In this document: in pieces, positions 39,593 through 49,895 of the stretch
Layout of the letters: each line of letters starts with the position of its first letter
Numbering within the stretch: position 1 is the stretch's first letter
NCBI GenBank assembly: GCA_963674965.2
Contig: CAXXFL010000001.1
Location: forward strand, 1,536,001-1,600,000
From: a bacterium
Lineage (GTDB): Bacteria; RBG-13-61-14; DATKZS01
Direction of reading: 5' to 3'
Length of the DNA: 64,000 nt
Notes under the pieces: generated by a model
Databases searched by the model: none
What the model was told of the DNA's origin: nothing
The model's input: the letters and a program-made list of their open reading frames with translations, nothing else
Position numbers and translations under genes: made by a program

Positions 39593-41506
39593 CTACCTCC
39601 AGACGTCCAGCTTGGGCCGAAGCATTAACAAGGACAAAATGGACAGGATAATGTAACCCGCGACCATGACTATTAATGGCCCGGAAACGCCGCCCTGATA
39701 TTGGGCTGGAGGACCGGGCCAGGTAAGAAATCTCGTGAGCCACGCGGCGGGCAGGGACAAGGACAACGCCATGAGAAGGGAACCGACGCCAGCGTATCCC
39801 AGCGCGATATGGCCTGACCCGGGCACGAGTAAAGACAGTACCATGGCCGCTCTTGACCAGTTGTCGCGGTAACGCTGGGCCTCGGAGCGTTTTTGCATTT
39901 TTACTTTCAGGTCCACGCCGCTTTGCCCCCTGAAAACGTAATAGCAGGGCGAGCATATGGAGGGGTCCTTGGCCTGGGGCTCGCAACGAAGACAGATGGG
40001 TTTGCCGCAGGATGCGCACCGGTGGCTGATCTGCCATTTTTTACTCAGTATTTTTATGATAAAGACCAGGGCGAACAGCGCCGCCGCCGAGGCGGCAAAG
40101 GTCAGGCCCGGGGGCGGCCCCATCCATTTATGCCAAAGGGCCGGGCCCGCGGCTCCCGCCATGGCCGATCCCCTGACGCTCCTTTCCCAGACCAGCGAAT
40201 GGGGAGCGGGCAGATTGGCCATGATCCGGTTGAGCTTTCTTTGCTGGGCCCTGTATCTTAAAAACTCGAGTCGGGGCTCGTCTATGCTCTGGGCCCTCGA
40301 GTATTCCTCTTCATACCTCAGCATTTCCTCGGCTTCATTGTGATACTGCGCCAGATTGAAAACCACCTCGACCACGCTCTCGCCCTTGGACTCGGCCAGC
40401 GACAAGGCCCGGTAAACGCTCTCGAGGTCGCCGTTGGCCAGGTATATCTCCGCCAGGTTGTTATAGGCGGCCTGGCCAGCGGCCGGGTCCTCCGACAGGG
40501 CCCCCTTGTAGATATCGGCCGCCCGGTTGAACTGGCCCCTCCTCTGAAGGAACTGGGCCAGACTGAACTGGACGAGGGCGTCGTCGGGGTCCTTTTCAAG
40601 GGCCTTTTCCAGTATCTCCATTTCTTCATCGTCGGCGACCCCGTTCCTTATCTCGAGAGCCGCCGAAAGTACGTCGTCGGAAACGTTGGCCGCCAGGACG
40701 GCGTATTTTTCCATGAGAAGAGGCGTCGGTACAAGCGCTAAAAGGAAGAGGTACACTATGACCCTTTCCGAGCGTTTCATGTAAATGGATAGAAGTAAGA
40801 ACCACCAGGCGATAAGGTATTGCCAGGAAAGGGACGCGGCCAGGGGAAGCATGAAAGCCACGCCGCCCAGAGGTATCGCCGGCCAGTGGGGCACTCTTTT
40901 ACGGGGCAGGAAATCCCCGAAATCGTGCATAAAAAGAACGCCGTACCTGGCGATCATGACCAGTCCGAAAAGCATGCCGAACAGGAACAAAAAGGCCAAG
41001 GGAAAGGAAAGGGCCCTGGCCATTCCGCGATAAAGGATGGGGAAGTCGTCGGCAAGGGCTCCGACCGCGTCCATGTACGAGCCGATCGCCTCTCCCGGTT
41101 TTATCTGACCTCCGCCCAGATTATATCGGGCCAGGGACAAATGCACCATAACCGAACTCGGAGACAACTCCGCCGATTTCTCGATCAAAAAGGCGGCCGT
41201 CTCGTGATCTCCCTGCTTTTTTAACCTCTCGGCCCAGCGAAGGAGAACGATGGAATACTCGGGAAGGTCTCCAAGCGCCCCGTCATATTTATCGTCCAGG
41301 GCCTCGGCCAAGTCGTTTTTGGCGTCTCCGTATTTTTCCTTTTCCATATGGAGAAGGAAATCGTCCCATTTGTCCAGGAACCTGCTCCAGGCCATTCCGG
41401 GAGTAACCAGCTTGATGGGCGCCATCTCCGACTTCGCTCGAGCGGGAGCGAAGAAAAGAGAAAAGAGCATCCCCAAAAGAATGACAAATAACCGTCCCCG
41501 TCCCAT
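39593..41506 (-). CDS. TPR-containing membrane protein with a Cys-rich (Zn-finger-like) segment
   Basis: Signal peptide, TPR-like repeats (AAYNNLAEIY), several TM helices, CASCGKPICLRC...CSPC; start uncertain. Confidence 0.75.
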   Translation of the reverse strand: MGRGRLFVILLGMLFSLFFAPARAKSEMAPIKLVTPGMAWSRFLDKWDDFLLHMEKEKYGDAKNDLAEALDDKYDGALGDLPEYSIVLLRWAERLKKQGDHETAAFLIEKSAELSPSSVMVHLSLARYNLGGGQIKPGEAIGSYMDAVGALADDFPILYRGMARALSFPLAFLFLFGMLFGLVMIARYGVLFMHDFGDFLPRKRVPHWPAIPLGGVAFMLPLAASLSWQYLIAWWFLLLSIYMKRSERVIVYLFLLALVPTPLLMEKYAVLAANVSDDVLSAALEIRNGVADDEEMEILEKALEKDPDDALVQFSLAQFLQRRGQFNRAADIYKGALSEDPAAGQAAYNNLAEIYLANGDLESVYRALSLAESKGESVVEVVFNLAQYHNEAEEMLRYEEEYSRAQSIDEPRLEFLRYRAQQRKLNRIMANLPAPHSLVWERSVRGSAMAGAAGPALWHKWMGPPPGLTFAASAAALFALVFIIKILSKKWQISHRCASCGKPICLRCEPQAKDPSICSPCYYVFRGQSGVDLKVKMQKRSEAQRYRDNWSRAAMVLSLLVPGSGHIALGYAGVGSLLMALSLSLPAAWLTRFLTWPGPPAQYQGGVSGPLIVMVAGYIILSILSLLMLRPKLDVWR

Positions 41507-41740
41507 TGCCCGGATTTGGCGGCCCTCCCTCAATAAAATAGCCGGATCGAGTATCGAGGACCAGCCGCGCAAAAGCGCTCGGCTAAGACCCGGTAAAACC
41601 CAATCCGAGAAAATCTCCCTAGAGATATCATAATCGGACCAAGATGGCAATACCTGAAAGCCATTGAAGGCGCGCGAGGCAAAAAAAGGGCCCCCCTATT
41701 TCGTCCAATCAGTCCGGGTTGGCCAAAAAGGCCGGGGGCG

Positions 41741-41769
41741 TTGACAAATCAAAACCAATCCTTTATATT
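41741..41769 (+). promoter_or_regulatory. Sigma70 promoter of the lytic transglycosylase gene
   Basis: TTGACA-17 nt-TATATT. Confidence 0.7.
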
Positions 41770-41824
41770 AATCATATATTTAAACGTTGAAAAGCGGCTT
41801 AGCGAGGCGGCTGGGGGGTTGATT

Positions 41825-42457
41825 ATGCGAATGCTCAAGCGAAGGCTGGTTTGGTCCGTTCTTCTTTTTTTACTCTTCTTGTCTTACGCGGCCGGCGAGG
41901 CGGCGGTATATTTCTACGTCGACGAAAACGGCGTAACTCATTTTACCAACCGTCCGGCCGGTCCTGAATACTCGGTGCTAGATATCTGGGAAGACGGCGG
42001 TGGAGACCCCACCGTCATCCACCTTGACCCCTATTATAATGAAATTATCCAGGATGCCTGCGCTTATTACAAGGTGGACCCGCTTTTGGTCAAGGCCATG
42101 ATCAAGGTCGAGAGCAATTTCAACCGCTGGGCCGTCTCGAGGGCCGGGGCCCAGGGACTTATGCAGCTAATGCCGGCCACGGCCCGAAGATTCAACGTGA
42201 ACGACCCGTTCCATCCGGTGGAGAACATCTGGGCGGGCGTTTACTACGTCAAGTATTTAATGGTGCTTTTCAACTACGATATCGACCTGGTGCTGGCCGG
42301 GTACAACGCCGGCGAGGGAGCGGTAAAGAAATACGGGGGCATTCCACCTTACCGCGAAACCCAAGGATACGTGAAAAAGGTGAATTATTACTACCGCCTT
42401 TATCAGAAAAAAGCGCCCAGGTTCGAGGCCCCCGCCAAGACCGGGGCCAAAAAATAA
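41825..42457 (+). CDS. Lytic transglycosylase (SLT domain) with DUF4124-like N-terminus
   Basis: YVDENGVTHFTN, IKVESNFN, GAQGLMQLMP, YNAG and ETQGYV. Confidence 0.92.
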   Translation: MRMLKRRLVWSVLLFLLFLSYAAGEAAVYFYVDENGVTHFTNRPAGPEYSVLDIWEDGGGDPTVIHLDPYYNEIIQDACAYYKVDPLLVKAMIKVESNFNRWAVSRAGAQGLMQLMPATARRFNVNDPFHPVENIWAGVYYVKYLMVLFNYDIDLVLAGYNAGEGAVKKYGGIPPYRETQGYVKKVNYYYRLYQKKAPRFEAPAKTGAKK

Positions 42458-42564
42458 TCTGGGTCTCCAGGTCAAGGTCGCGGCTCTATTCCCGGTAGGG
42501 GCAAACAAACTCGCGGAACCCGGCCGCGGCAAAGCCGTCTTAGTAATGGCCGTCGGAAAATATC

Positions 42565-43206
42565 ATGAATGACGAACAGAAAAAAACCCCCATTTGGAAC
42601 ATAGCCAACTACCTGACCATGGCCAGGATCGTGGCTATCCCCACCTTTATTGTACTGCTGCTTCTTGTCGAGCCGGAGAAAAGCCACAAGGGAGAATGGC
42701 TCAACCTGATTCCTCCCTCTCCCGTCGGGAACAATCTGGCCTATTGCTTCCTGGCGGCCCTGCTTTTTACGGCCGCCAGTATAACCGACTACCTGGACGG
42801 ATACCTGGCCAGAAAGTACGACCTGGTGACCAACCTGGGAAAGCTGCTCGATCCCCTGGCCGACAAGCTCCTGGTTATCGGGGCCATGATAATGCTGGTC
42901 GAGCTTCACCGACTGCCCGGATGGATGGCCCTGGTGGTCATCAGCCGCGAGATAGGAATTACCGCGTTGCGTGGAATAGCCACGGAGCAGGGAGTGGTCA
43001 TCGCCGCGTCGCAACTTGGAAAATACAAGACCGCAACCACCCTTTCCGCCCTGGTGGCCATGATACTCTACTATAAGTTCCCGATTTTCATTTTCGCCGA
43101 GGTCAACAGCTACGCCGTGGGCATGGCCCTCATGACGGTGGCCGTGGGACTGACCGTATGGTCGGGTCTTGACTACTTCATGAAGTTCTGGAAGCACATG
43201 GTCTGA
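42565..43206 (+). CDS. pgsA: CDP-diacylglycerol--glycerol-3-phosphate 3-phosphatidyltransferase
   Basis: TDYLDGYLARK...LGKLLDPLADK CDP-alcohol phosphotransferase motif. Confidence 0.95.
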   Translation: MNDEQKKTPIWNIANYLTMARIVAIPTFIVLLLLVEPEKSHKGEWLNLIPPSPVGNNLAYCFLAALLFTAASITDYLDGYLARKYDLVTNLGKLLDPLADKLLVIGAMIMLVELHRLPGWMALVVISREIGITALRGIATEQGVVIAASQLGKYKTATTLSALVAMILYYKFPIFIFAEVNSYAVGMALMTVAVGLTVWSGLDYFMKFWKHMV

Positions 43207-43331
43207 CCGGGGATACCGCGACGCGGGGCGCGGCCCTGATTATTCTGCTATACTTTCTATAAAGCGCGCCGGAGAGGGCGCGTTTTTGTTAAACCACTCG
43301 TCCGATCTTCGCGGGCGCAAGGGGAGAGAAA

Positions 43332-44111
43332 ATGTCTTATAACCCCCGAGGAAGGGGACCGGGAGGCTTCGGCGGCTTCCAGGGCGGAGGTTTTGGAGGC
43401 GGCTACGGCGGCCCGCAAATTCAGTTCGGGTTCGCGCCCATGACCCCCACGGTCAAGTATCTTATCATCGCCAACGTGGCGGTATTTTTCGTAACCTTTG
43501 TTTTTCGCAAATTGGCCCTTCCCTTCGTGCTCGTGCCCGCGGCCGTTTTTCCCGGCCTCCAGGTCTGGAGGGTGGTTTCATACATGTTCCTGCACGTGGG
43601 CGGGTGGCACCTCTTTTTCAATATGTTCGCCCTTTACATGTTCGGAAGCGCCCTCGAGCAGATTTGGGGAAGAAACAGGTTCCTCACCTTCTACTTCCTC
43701 TGCGGGATCGGGGCCGGCGTCATTTGCGTTCCCTTTTACATTCTGGCGGGAGAACCTCTCGCCGTCATCCTGGGCGCCTCGGGCGCGATATACGGCGTGT
43801 TCGTGGCCTTTGGCCTGATATATCCGAACGCTCGGGTGCTTTTCATGTTCCTTATTCCCATCAAGGTCAAACATCTTATTATCATCCTTATGGCCGTCGA
43901 GTTCGCCACCACGGCGTCCTACGCCCAGGGCAACACGGCCGTCACCGTCGCCAGCGTGGCCCACTTGTCCGGCGCCGCCATCGGCTATTTCCATCTGCGG
44001 GGCCTGATGGATTTAAAGGCCTATTGGCAAAAGCTGAAAACGGGAAGAAAGAAAAAGGCCTATCGCGTGATCGACTCGGACGACGAGGAGCGGGGACGCT
44101 GGCTGCACTGA
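43332..44111 (+). CDS. Rhomboid intramembrane serine protease
   Basis: WR..SYMFLH, HLFFNM, GASG and AHLSG; Gly-rich N-terminal tail. Confidence 0.93.
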   Translation: MSYNPRGRGPGGFGGFQGGGFGGGYGGPQIQFGFAPMTPTVKYLIIANVAVFFVTFVFRKLALPFVLVPAAVFPGLQVWRVVSYMFLHVGGWHLFFNMFALYMFGSALEQIWGRNRFLTFYFLCGIGAGVICVPFYILAGEPLAVILGASGAIYGVFVAFGLIYPNARVLFMFLIPIKVKHLIIILMAVEFATTASYAQGNTAVTVASVAHLSGAAIGYFHLRGLMDLKAYWQKLKTGRKKKAYRVIDSDDEERGRWLH

Positions 44112-44966
44112 TTACTCATCGCACTCCTGAGTGTCGTCGGGACCGTAAACGTGGTAGTAATCGGCGTCGTCCACGCGGTCGACCCACATGTCCAACTCCG
44201 CCATGTTGCCGACCTTATAGGTCACCAGGCGCGGCTTTTGAAAGACCGCGTCCTCGAAGGGAGTGGTTACGCTTATCTGGAAGTTGGCCATGTAGCCCTC
44301 GCCATCCCCTTGAACGAGGTTGAGCTCGGCGCTCTCGAGACGATCGTCGTTCGTCACGTAATTGAAGCTGTCCGAGCCCAGCCGCCACCGGATTTCATCC
44401 TCCGACAACTTGCCCGTCTTCTCCGAGTCCAGCTTGCCGCCAAAGCTGAAAGTGACGGTGCCGTAGCCGTACTCGTCGTAATGTATTACCGAGTCCGTTC
44501 CACCCCGCCGGTTCCTTTTCGCCTGCATGGAGGGACGTTGGCCGAGGTCATCGAAAACGTCGGAGGCGTCGATCTGCCAGACGGGGTAGGAATACTTCTG
44601 CATCTCGAAGCTGGATATGTCCACGTCCACCCCGCTCCATTTCGCCTGGTCCGTCGTCTGGTAGATATCAAGCCTGTCCATGCCCTCATAGCCCGGGACC
44701 TTGACGTTGAACTCGACCACGTCCGAGGAACCGGGGTCGATAAAGTACTCGGCAATACCGCAGCGCGGGCCGCCAGCCGAGCGGCCCGGCTTTTTGTCTT
44801 CCACGTTGACGGGCTTGGCCTCGAGCGTGTCGCCGGCGATATTCGAGGCCCCCGCGTCGTCGTAGTCGTACTCGCCCGGCGACTCGGGCCAGGTAAGAAG
44901 CTGATACGTAATCGTGCCCAATAAGGCTATGGCTATAACGATAAGGGGTATCCATCTTTTATCCAT
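44112..44966 (-). CDS. Hypothetical membrane-anchored exported protein (paralog of 45024-45911)
   Basis: N-terminal TM helix; collinear motif sharing with the neighbouring ORF; GGAGG RBS. Confidence 0.75.
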   Translation of the reverse strand: MDKRWIPLIVIAIALLGTITYQLLTWPESPGEYDYDDAGASNIAGDTLEAKPVNVEDKKPGRSAGGPRCGIAEYFIDPGSSDVVEFNVKVPGYEGMDRLDIYQTTDQAKWSGVDVDISSFEMQKYSYPVWQIDASDVFDDLGQRPSMQAKRNRRGGTDSVIHYDEYGYGTVTFSFGGKLDSEKTGKLSEDEIRWRLGSDSFNYVTNDDRLESAELNLVQGDGEGYMANFQISVTTPFEDAVFQKPRLVTYKVGNMAELDMWVDRVDDADYYHVYGPDDTQECDE

Positions 44967-45023
44967 TGCCCTTGCCTCCAATGGGGCCGCAACGATAGCG
45001 TCCGCCCGGCCGCCGCCAAAAAA

Positions 45024-45911
45024 TCAGCGTTCCTCGCAATCCGAGCGATAATCGGGACCAAGCACGCTGAACTGGCTCCCGCTCACCGCCCGCCGGATGA
45101 AAATTTTCAGCTCGATGGCCTTGTCCGCGGCGAAGATCATAATCCTTTCCTCGCCTTCCTCGAGGTCGGAGAGCTCGGCCGGGGTCTCAAGGTCCACCTC
45201 GAAGTAGCCGATGAAACCTTCGCCCGTTCCCTTTTCGAATTTCACCTCCAGGCCGTCAACCGCCGAGGGATCGCTCAAATCCCGCGAGGTGTCGAAAAGA
45301 AAATCGTCCTCGATTTTCTCCCGGACCTCCTCCTCGGAGAGCGCCCCCGCCCTTTCAGCCGAAAGCTCGCCGCCGACCAGAAGCTCGACCGGACCCACCC
45401 CCCGCTCGTTGAACTCGACCCGGCCCGAGACCTCGCCCATTTCGTTACTGATCGAGTAAATCCTGGGAGGCTCGTCAAGCAGCCCGAAGACCTTGCCCGC
45501 GTCCATGATCCAGATGGGACTCCAGTAGGGCTCGTAGTTGACGTTGCCCAGCCGGGCCTGGCCGCCAGCCTCGGCCGCGTCGTTGCGGACCAGCCTGAAA
45601 TTAAGACTCGAGGGATCGGCCGCCGCCGGCAGCTTCATGTTAAAAAGGAGCTTCTCCTTGCCGCCGGGGGAAACCAGGTACTCATGGCCCACGCAGGGCT
45701 CGCCCACGTCACGGGTCGGCTCCGCCTCGGACCTCGCGGGCGTCTTGTCCGCCGTATCCGCCGCTCGCGATGGATGCTCCGTGCCCGCGTTTATGGGCGC
45801 GCCGCCGGTCTTTCCATTTTTATTCTTGCAGCCCATCGCCGGGGCCGCGAGGATAATCATCGCCGCGACCGATATCCCCAGGAAACGCGTATTGAATGAT
45901 TTATTTCGCAA
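45024..45911 (-). CDS. Hypothetical lipoprotein (paralog of 44112-44966)
   Basis: Lipobox-like AAPAMG-C; collinear motif sharing with the neighbouring ORF; TTG start inferred. Confidence 0.7.
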   Translation of the reverse strand: MRNKSFNTRFLGISVAAMIILAAPAMGCKNKNGKTGGAPINAGTEHPSRAADTADKTPARSEAEPTRDVGEPCVGHEYLVSPGGKEKLLFNMKLPAAADPSSLNFRLVRNDAAEAGGQARLGNVNYEPYWSPIWIMDAGKVFGLLDEPPRIYSISNEMGEVSGRVEFNERGVGPVELLVGGELSAERAGALSEEEVREKIEDDFLFDTSRDLSDPSAVDGLEVKFEKGTGEGFIGYFEVDLETPAELSDLEEGEERIMIFAADKAIELKIFIRRAVSGSQFSVLGPDYRSDCEER

Positions 45912-46111
45912 CGTAAATCCATGGCCTCCATCAATTAGGGTATCAAAGGGCAAGGGCCGTGTAAATACTCTTTTTCTTTTAAACGGAAAAACCAGGCCCA
46001 TGTTCCAAGGGCTGAGGATTATTTCGCGGGGGCCGGCTCGTAAAAAAAAATCTTATGCATTAAGATATATCCTTAACTGATCGGGCGCTTCCGGCGTCCG
46101 ATCGGGGGGAG

Positions 46112-46861
46112 GTGAAAATGACGGAAGGCGCGAAGGACATGTTGATTTTTCCTCTTGACGTTGACGGCCTTGACGAGGCCAGGGACTGGGTAAAGGAACT
46201 CAAGGACCACGTCGGCGCGTTCAAGATAGGCTTTGAGCTTTTTCTCCGGGAGGGCCCGAGGGCGGTCGAGATGGTCCGCGAGGAGGGTCGCCGGGTTTTT
46301 CTCGATCTCAAGTTCCACGATATTCCCAACACGGTGGCCAGGGCCTCGGCCCAGGCCGTCAAGATGGGCGTCTTCATGTTCAACGTCCACGCCTCGGGCG
46401 GAACGGAGATGATGAAGGCGGCGGCCCGCGCCGCGAGCGAGGAGGCCGCCGGGGCCGGCGTCGAGACTCCCCTTTTGATCGCGGTCACGGTCCTTACCAG
46501 CCTGGACGGCGAGGCCCTCAAGAAGGCTGGCTTTATTGACGCGCCGGAAAAGCAGGTGGAAAGGCTTTGCCTCTTGGCCCGGGACTCGGGCCTGGCCGGG
46601 GTGGTTTCATCGGCGAGGGAAGCCACAAGGATACGCGAGCTGGCCGGGCCGGAGTTCAAAATCGTCTGCCCGGGCGTGCGTCCGGCCGGCGCGGAGGCGG
46701 GAGACCAGAAACGGGTGGCCACGCCTCGGGAGGCCGCGGCGGCGGGGGCGGACTTCCTGGTTATCGGACGTCCTATCCGGGAAGCCCGGGACCCGAGGGA
46801 GGCGGCGCGACGGATTCTGGAGGACGCCGAGGCCGGTCTCAATGAAAGAGCGAAGGCCTGA
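46112..46861 (+). CDS. pyrF: Orotidine-5'-phosphate decarboxylase
   Basis: FLDLKFHDIPNTV, AVTVLTS, PGVR, DQKRVATP and VIGRPI. Confidence 0.96.
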   Translation: MKMTEGAKDMLIFPLDVDGLDEARDWVKELKDHVGAFKIGFELFLREGPRAVEMVREEGRRVFLDLKFHDIPNTVARASAQAVKMGVFMFNVHASGGTEMMKAAARAASEEAAGAGVETPLLIAVTVLTSLDGEALKKAGFIDAPEKQVERLCLLARDSGLAGVVSSAREATRIRELAGPEFKIVCPGVRPAGAEAGDQKRVATPREAAAAGADFLVIGRPIREARDPREAARRILEDAEAGLNERAKA

Positions 46862-46865
46862 GGAC

Positions 46866-47528
46866 ATGCCCGATAAGGCGGACCGGATACAGGTCAGGGT
46901 CACCGAGATATATCCGGCCATTATCGGGGAAAGCTCGATGACCGGTTTCCCCTGTACCCTGATAAGGCTTACCGGTTGCTCACTCCGCTGTCGGTATTGC
47001 GACACCAGATACGCCGTCACCGGGGGAAGGATGACCCCTATCGGCGAGATAGTGAGGGCGGCCCAAAAATTCGGCCATCAAAAGGCGCTGGTCACGGGAG
47101 GGGAACCCCTCGAGCAGCCCGATTCCATTTTTTTGCTCCGGGCGCTGGTAAGGGCAAGGCTCGAGCCGGTCCTCGAGACCAACGGCGCCCAGGACCTGAA
47201 GCCCGTGCCCGAGCACGTCCACGTCGTGATGGACCTGAAAACCCCGGGCAGCCAAATGGAAAAACACAACCGGATGGAAAACCTCTCCCACCTCAGCAGG
47301 AAGGACGAGATCAAAATAGTGCTCATGGATAAAAAGGACTACCAATGGGCCAAAGGCCTGATCAAGGCCGAAGACCTGGCCGCCAAATTTTCCGTTACCC
47401 TCTCCCCCGCCTATGGCAGGCTGGACCCCAAGGCCCTGTCGGAATGGATTTTAAAGGACGCCCTACCCGTGAGGCTTGGCCTTCAGATGCACAAGTACAT
47501 CCACGGACCCGAGGCGAGGGGCGTGTGA
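46866..47528 (+). CDS. queE: 7-carboxy-7-deazaguanine synthase-like radical SAM protein
   Basis: IRLTGCSLRCRYCDT, TGGEP, ETNG and LQMHKYI. Confidence 0.88.
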   Translation: MPDKADRIQVRVTEIYPAIIGESSMTGFPCTLIRLTGCSLRCRYCDTRYAVTGGRMTPIGEIVRAAQKFGHQKALVTGGEPLEQPDSIFLLRALVRARLEPVLETNGAQDLKPVPEHVHVVMDLKTPGSQMEKHNRMENLSHLSRKDEIKIVLMDKKDYQWAKGLIKAEDLAAKFSVTLSPAYGRLDPKALSEWILKDALPVRLGLQMHKYIHGPEARGV

Positions 47529-47732
47529 TCGGCGGCCCTAGCGGACCAGGGGTAACGGCCGCGGCCGGCCCGCCTTTTGCCAGCTAAATAGCATAAGCGG
47601 GTATTGACGAGGCGGCCTCGGACGGGGGACGGCGCGCTCGGACAAGCAAACTACCCCGCCGGGGCCGATGGGTTTTTAAATATCTATCCCGGCTATTACC
47701 GTCCAATTTGCATTCATACTTTAAATTGGACG

Positions 47733-47861
47733 AACAGTTATATCCTCCGTGATCAGATCAGGAACGTTTCCACGGACCGATTGAAAGACCTTTGGGGCGC
47801 CGTAATTGATGACACAATGCTGAAAGTCGAAAAAAGAGTGCGCCAATTACTTGGTTTGTAG
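47733..47861 (+). pseudogene. C-terminal remnant of a MazF/PemK-family toxin
   Basis: SYILRDQIRNVSTDRLKDLWGAVIDDTMLKVEKRVRQLLGL* resembles the PemK C-terminus; no N-terminal half or antitoxin. Confidence 0.65.
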
Positions 47862-48066
47862 ATCAGGCTGATTTCTATTGATTTATATGAATTGGGGAAT
47901 CTCGCCGCTTCTAATGCAATTTTAATCTTCTCTGGCGCGGCGCTTCGTTTTCTGGTACAATCCTTATGTTGGCGTGCGTTTGGGGGGGCGCGTCCTAACC
48001 GGCCCCAATCATTTGGCAATTCGTATCGTCAAACCCGCGCGACGTAAGAGAGGTGCAGATCGGGAA

Positions 48067-49875
48067 ATGTCCAGAATACTAGGTATTGATCTTGGTACGT
48101 CCACGACTTGCGCGGCCGTGGTCATCGACGGAGAACCGGTAGTTATACCGGGCATTCGAGGCAGCAGGGTCACCCCTTCTTACGTGTACGTCATCGAGGA
48201 CGGGCGCATACTCATCGGCGAGAACGCCAAGTCCGAGGCGATAGCCGACCCTTACAACACCATCTGGGCCACCAAGCGTCTTATCGGAAGACGCTTTAAC
48301 GACCCCAGCGTGCAGCAGTGCATCGAGCGGCTGTCCTATAAAATCCTTCCCTCCAAGCAGGGGGACATCCTCGTCCAGGGCAGGAACAAGCTCTTCACTC
48401 CCGTAAACGTGGCCTCGCTGATCCTCAAGTTCGCCACCCGTCTCGCGGTCAAGCACGCGAACGAGAACTTCGAGAAAGCCGTCATCACCGTGCCCGCGTC
48501 TTTTAACGACCTCCAACGCAAGGCCACCAAAATGGCGGGAGAAAACATCGGGCTCGAGGTGGTCCGGCTGGTGAACGAGCCGACGGCCGCGGCCCTGGCC
48601 TGGGGATACCACGAGGAGTCGGACAAGACCATCGCCGTCTACGACCTGGGAGGCGGGACTTTCGACGTCTCGATCCTGGCCGTGGGCAAGGGCGTCTACG
48701 AGGTCCTGGCCACGCGGGGCAACTCCTGGCTGGGCGGCGAGGACTTCGACAACCGCCTGGTGGCGCACGTGGCGGCCAAGTTCAGGGACCAGTACGGCAT
48801 TAACGTGTTCAACGACAAGATGGCCCACCAGCGGGTCAAGACGGCCTCGGAGAAGGCCAAGATCGAGCTCAGCGTCAAGGAAACCTCTCGCATGTACGTG
48901 CCCGAGCCCTGCCCGGACGTCAGCCGCGTGGCCGATATCGATTACGATATCACCAGGACGGAGTTCAACGGGCTGATCGAGGACCTGGTAGATCAGACGG
49001 TCTTGACTTTCCAGGACGCCCTTCGGGACGCGGAGCTGGACATCGACGAGGTTGATAACGTCATCCTGGTGGGAGGAATGACTCGGGTCCCCCTCGTGCG
49101 CGATAAGATCGAGGCCTTCATCGGCAGGAAGTCCGACCAGTCCATCGACCCGGACGAGGCGGTGGCCAAGGGCGCGGCCATCCACGCGGCCGCCTTGGCC
49201 GGGGTCGAGGTCCTTTTACCCGCGGCCGTGTCAACCAGAAAAAAACAACCACCATCGCCGCCGCAGGAGCCGGGAGCGGAATGGGAGCCGTCCTCCGAGC
49301 GCGGACCGGGCGGCGGCCGGGAGACGACCCTCGATAATACGGGCTCGGTTTCGGCGAGCGAGGCCAACCAGGAATGGGAGGACCGGGAAACCCCCATCGA
49401 GATGCCGGAGGCGGGCCCCGAGGCCCCGGAGGAGGAGAAGTGGCGGCCCGTCGGCAAACCGGAGGAGGAAGAGGCCCCGGCCGAGGGCCTCGAGACCGAG
49501 CGCCGGTCGGCCAAGGCCCCTCTTCTTATCGACGTCGTGTCCCAGTCGGTGGGCATAGCGGACATGGCCGGTCTTTTCGTGCCGCTTATAAAGCACAACT
49601 CCAAACTCCCGGCCAAGGTCAGCCAGGTGGTGACCACCTGCGTCGACCAGCAGATGGCCATCCGCATCTCCGTCTACCAGGGCGAGGAAAAATACGTGAG
49701 GGACAAGGTCATGCTGGGAGAGTTCGTCCTGCAAGGGATCGAGAAGGCGCCGAGGGGAACGGCGCAAATCCTGGTGACCTTTAACATAGACCAAAGCGGG
49801 CTTTTCACGGTGAGCGCCCGCGACCTAAAAACCAACGCCGCCAAGGAGATCAGGGTCGAGGGACTGAACCTGTAG
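48067..49875 (+). CDS. Non-canonical Hsp70-family protein
   Basis: GIDLGT, VITVPASFND, NEPTAAA, DLGGGTFDVS, GGEDFD and LVGGMTRVP; long acidic insert; ends after the SBD-beta domain. Confidence 0.92.
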   Translation: MSRILGIDLGTSTTCAAVVIDGEPVVIPGIRGSRVTPSYVYVIEDGRILIGENAKSEAIADPYNTIWATKRLIGRRFNDPSVQQCIERLSYKILPSKQGDILVQGRNKLFTPVNVASLILKFATRLAVKHANENFEKAVITVPASFNDLQRKATKMAGENIGLEVVRLVNEPTAAALAWGYHEESDKTIAVYDLGGGTFDVSILAVGKGVYEVLATRGNSWLGGEDFDNRLVAHVAAKFRDQYGINVFNDKMAHQRVKTASEKAKIELSVKETSRMYVPEPCPDVSRVADIDYDITRTEFNGLIEDLVDQTVLTFQDALRDAELDIDEVDNVILVGGMTRVPLVRDKIEAFIGRKSDQSIDPDEAVAKGAAIHAAALAGVEVLLPAAVSTRKKQPPSPPQEPGAEWEPSSERGPGGGRETTLDNTGSVSASEANQEWEDRETPIEMPEAGPEAPEEEKWRPVGKPEEEEAPAEGLETERRSAKAPLLIDVVSQSVGIADMAGLFVPLIKHNSKLPAKVSQVVTTCVDQQMAIRISVYQGEEKYVRDKVMLGEFVLQGIEKAPRGTAQILVTFNIDQSGLFTVSARDLKTNAAKEIRVEGLNL

Positions 49876-49895
49876 GCCCCGGCCGATAACTTCAC

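Noticed and set aside
43207-43331. tRNA cluster often found after pgsA
   Set aside because: No cloverleaf; only a terminator-like hairpin near 43261-43288.
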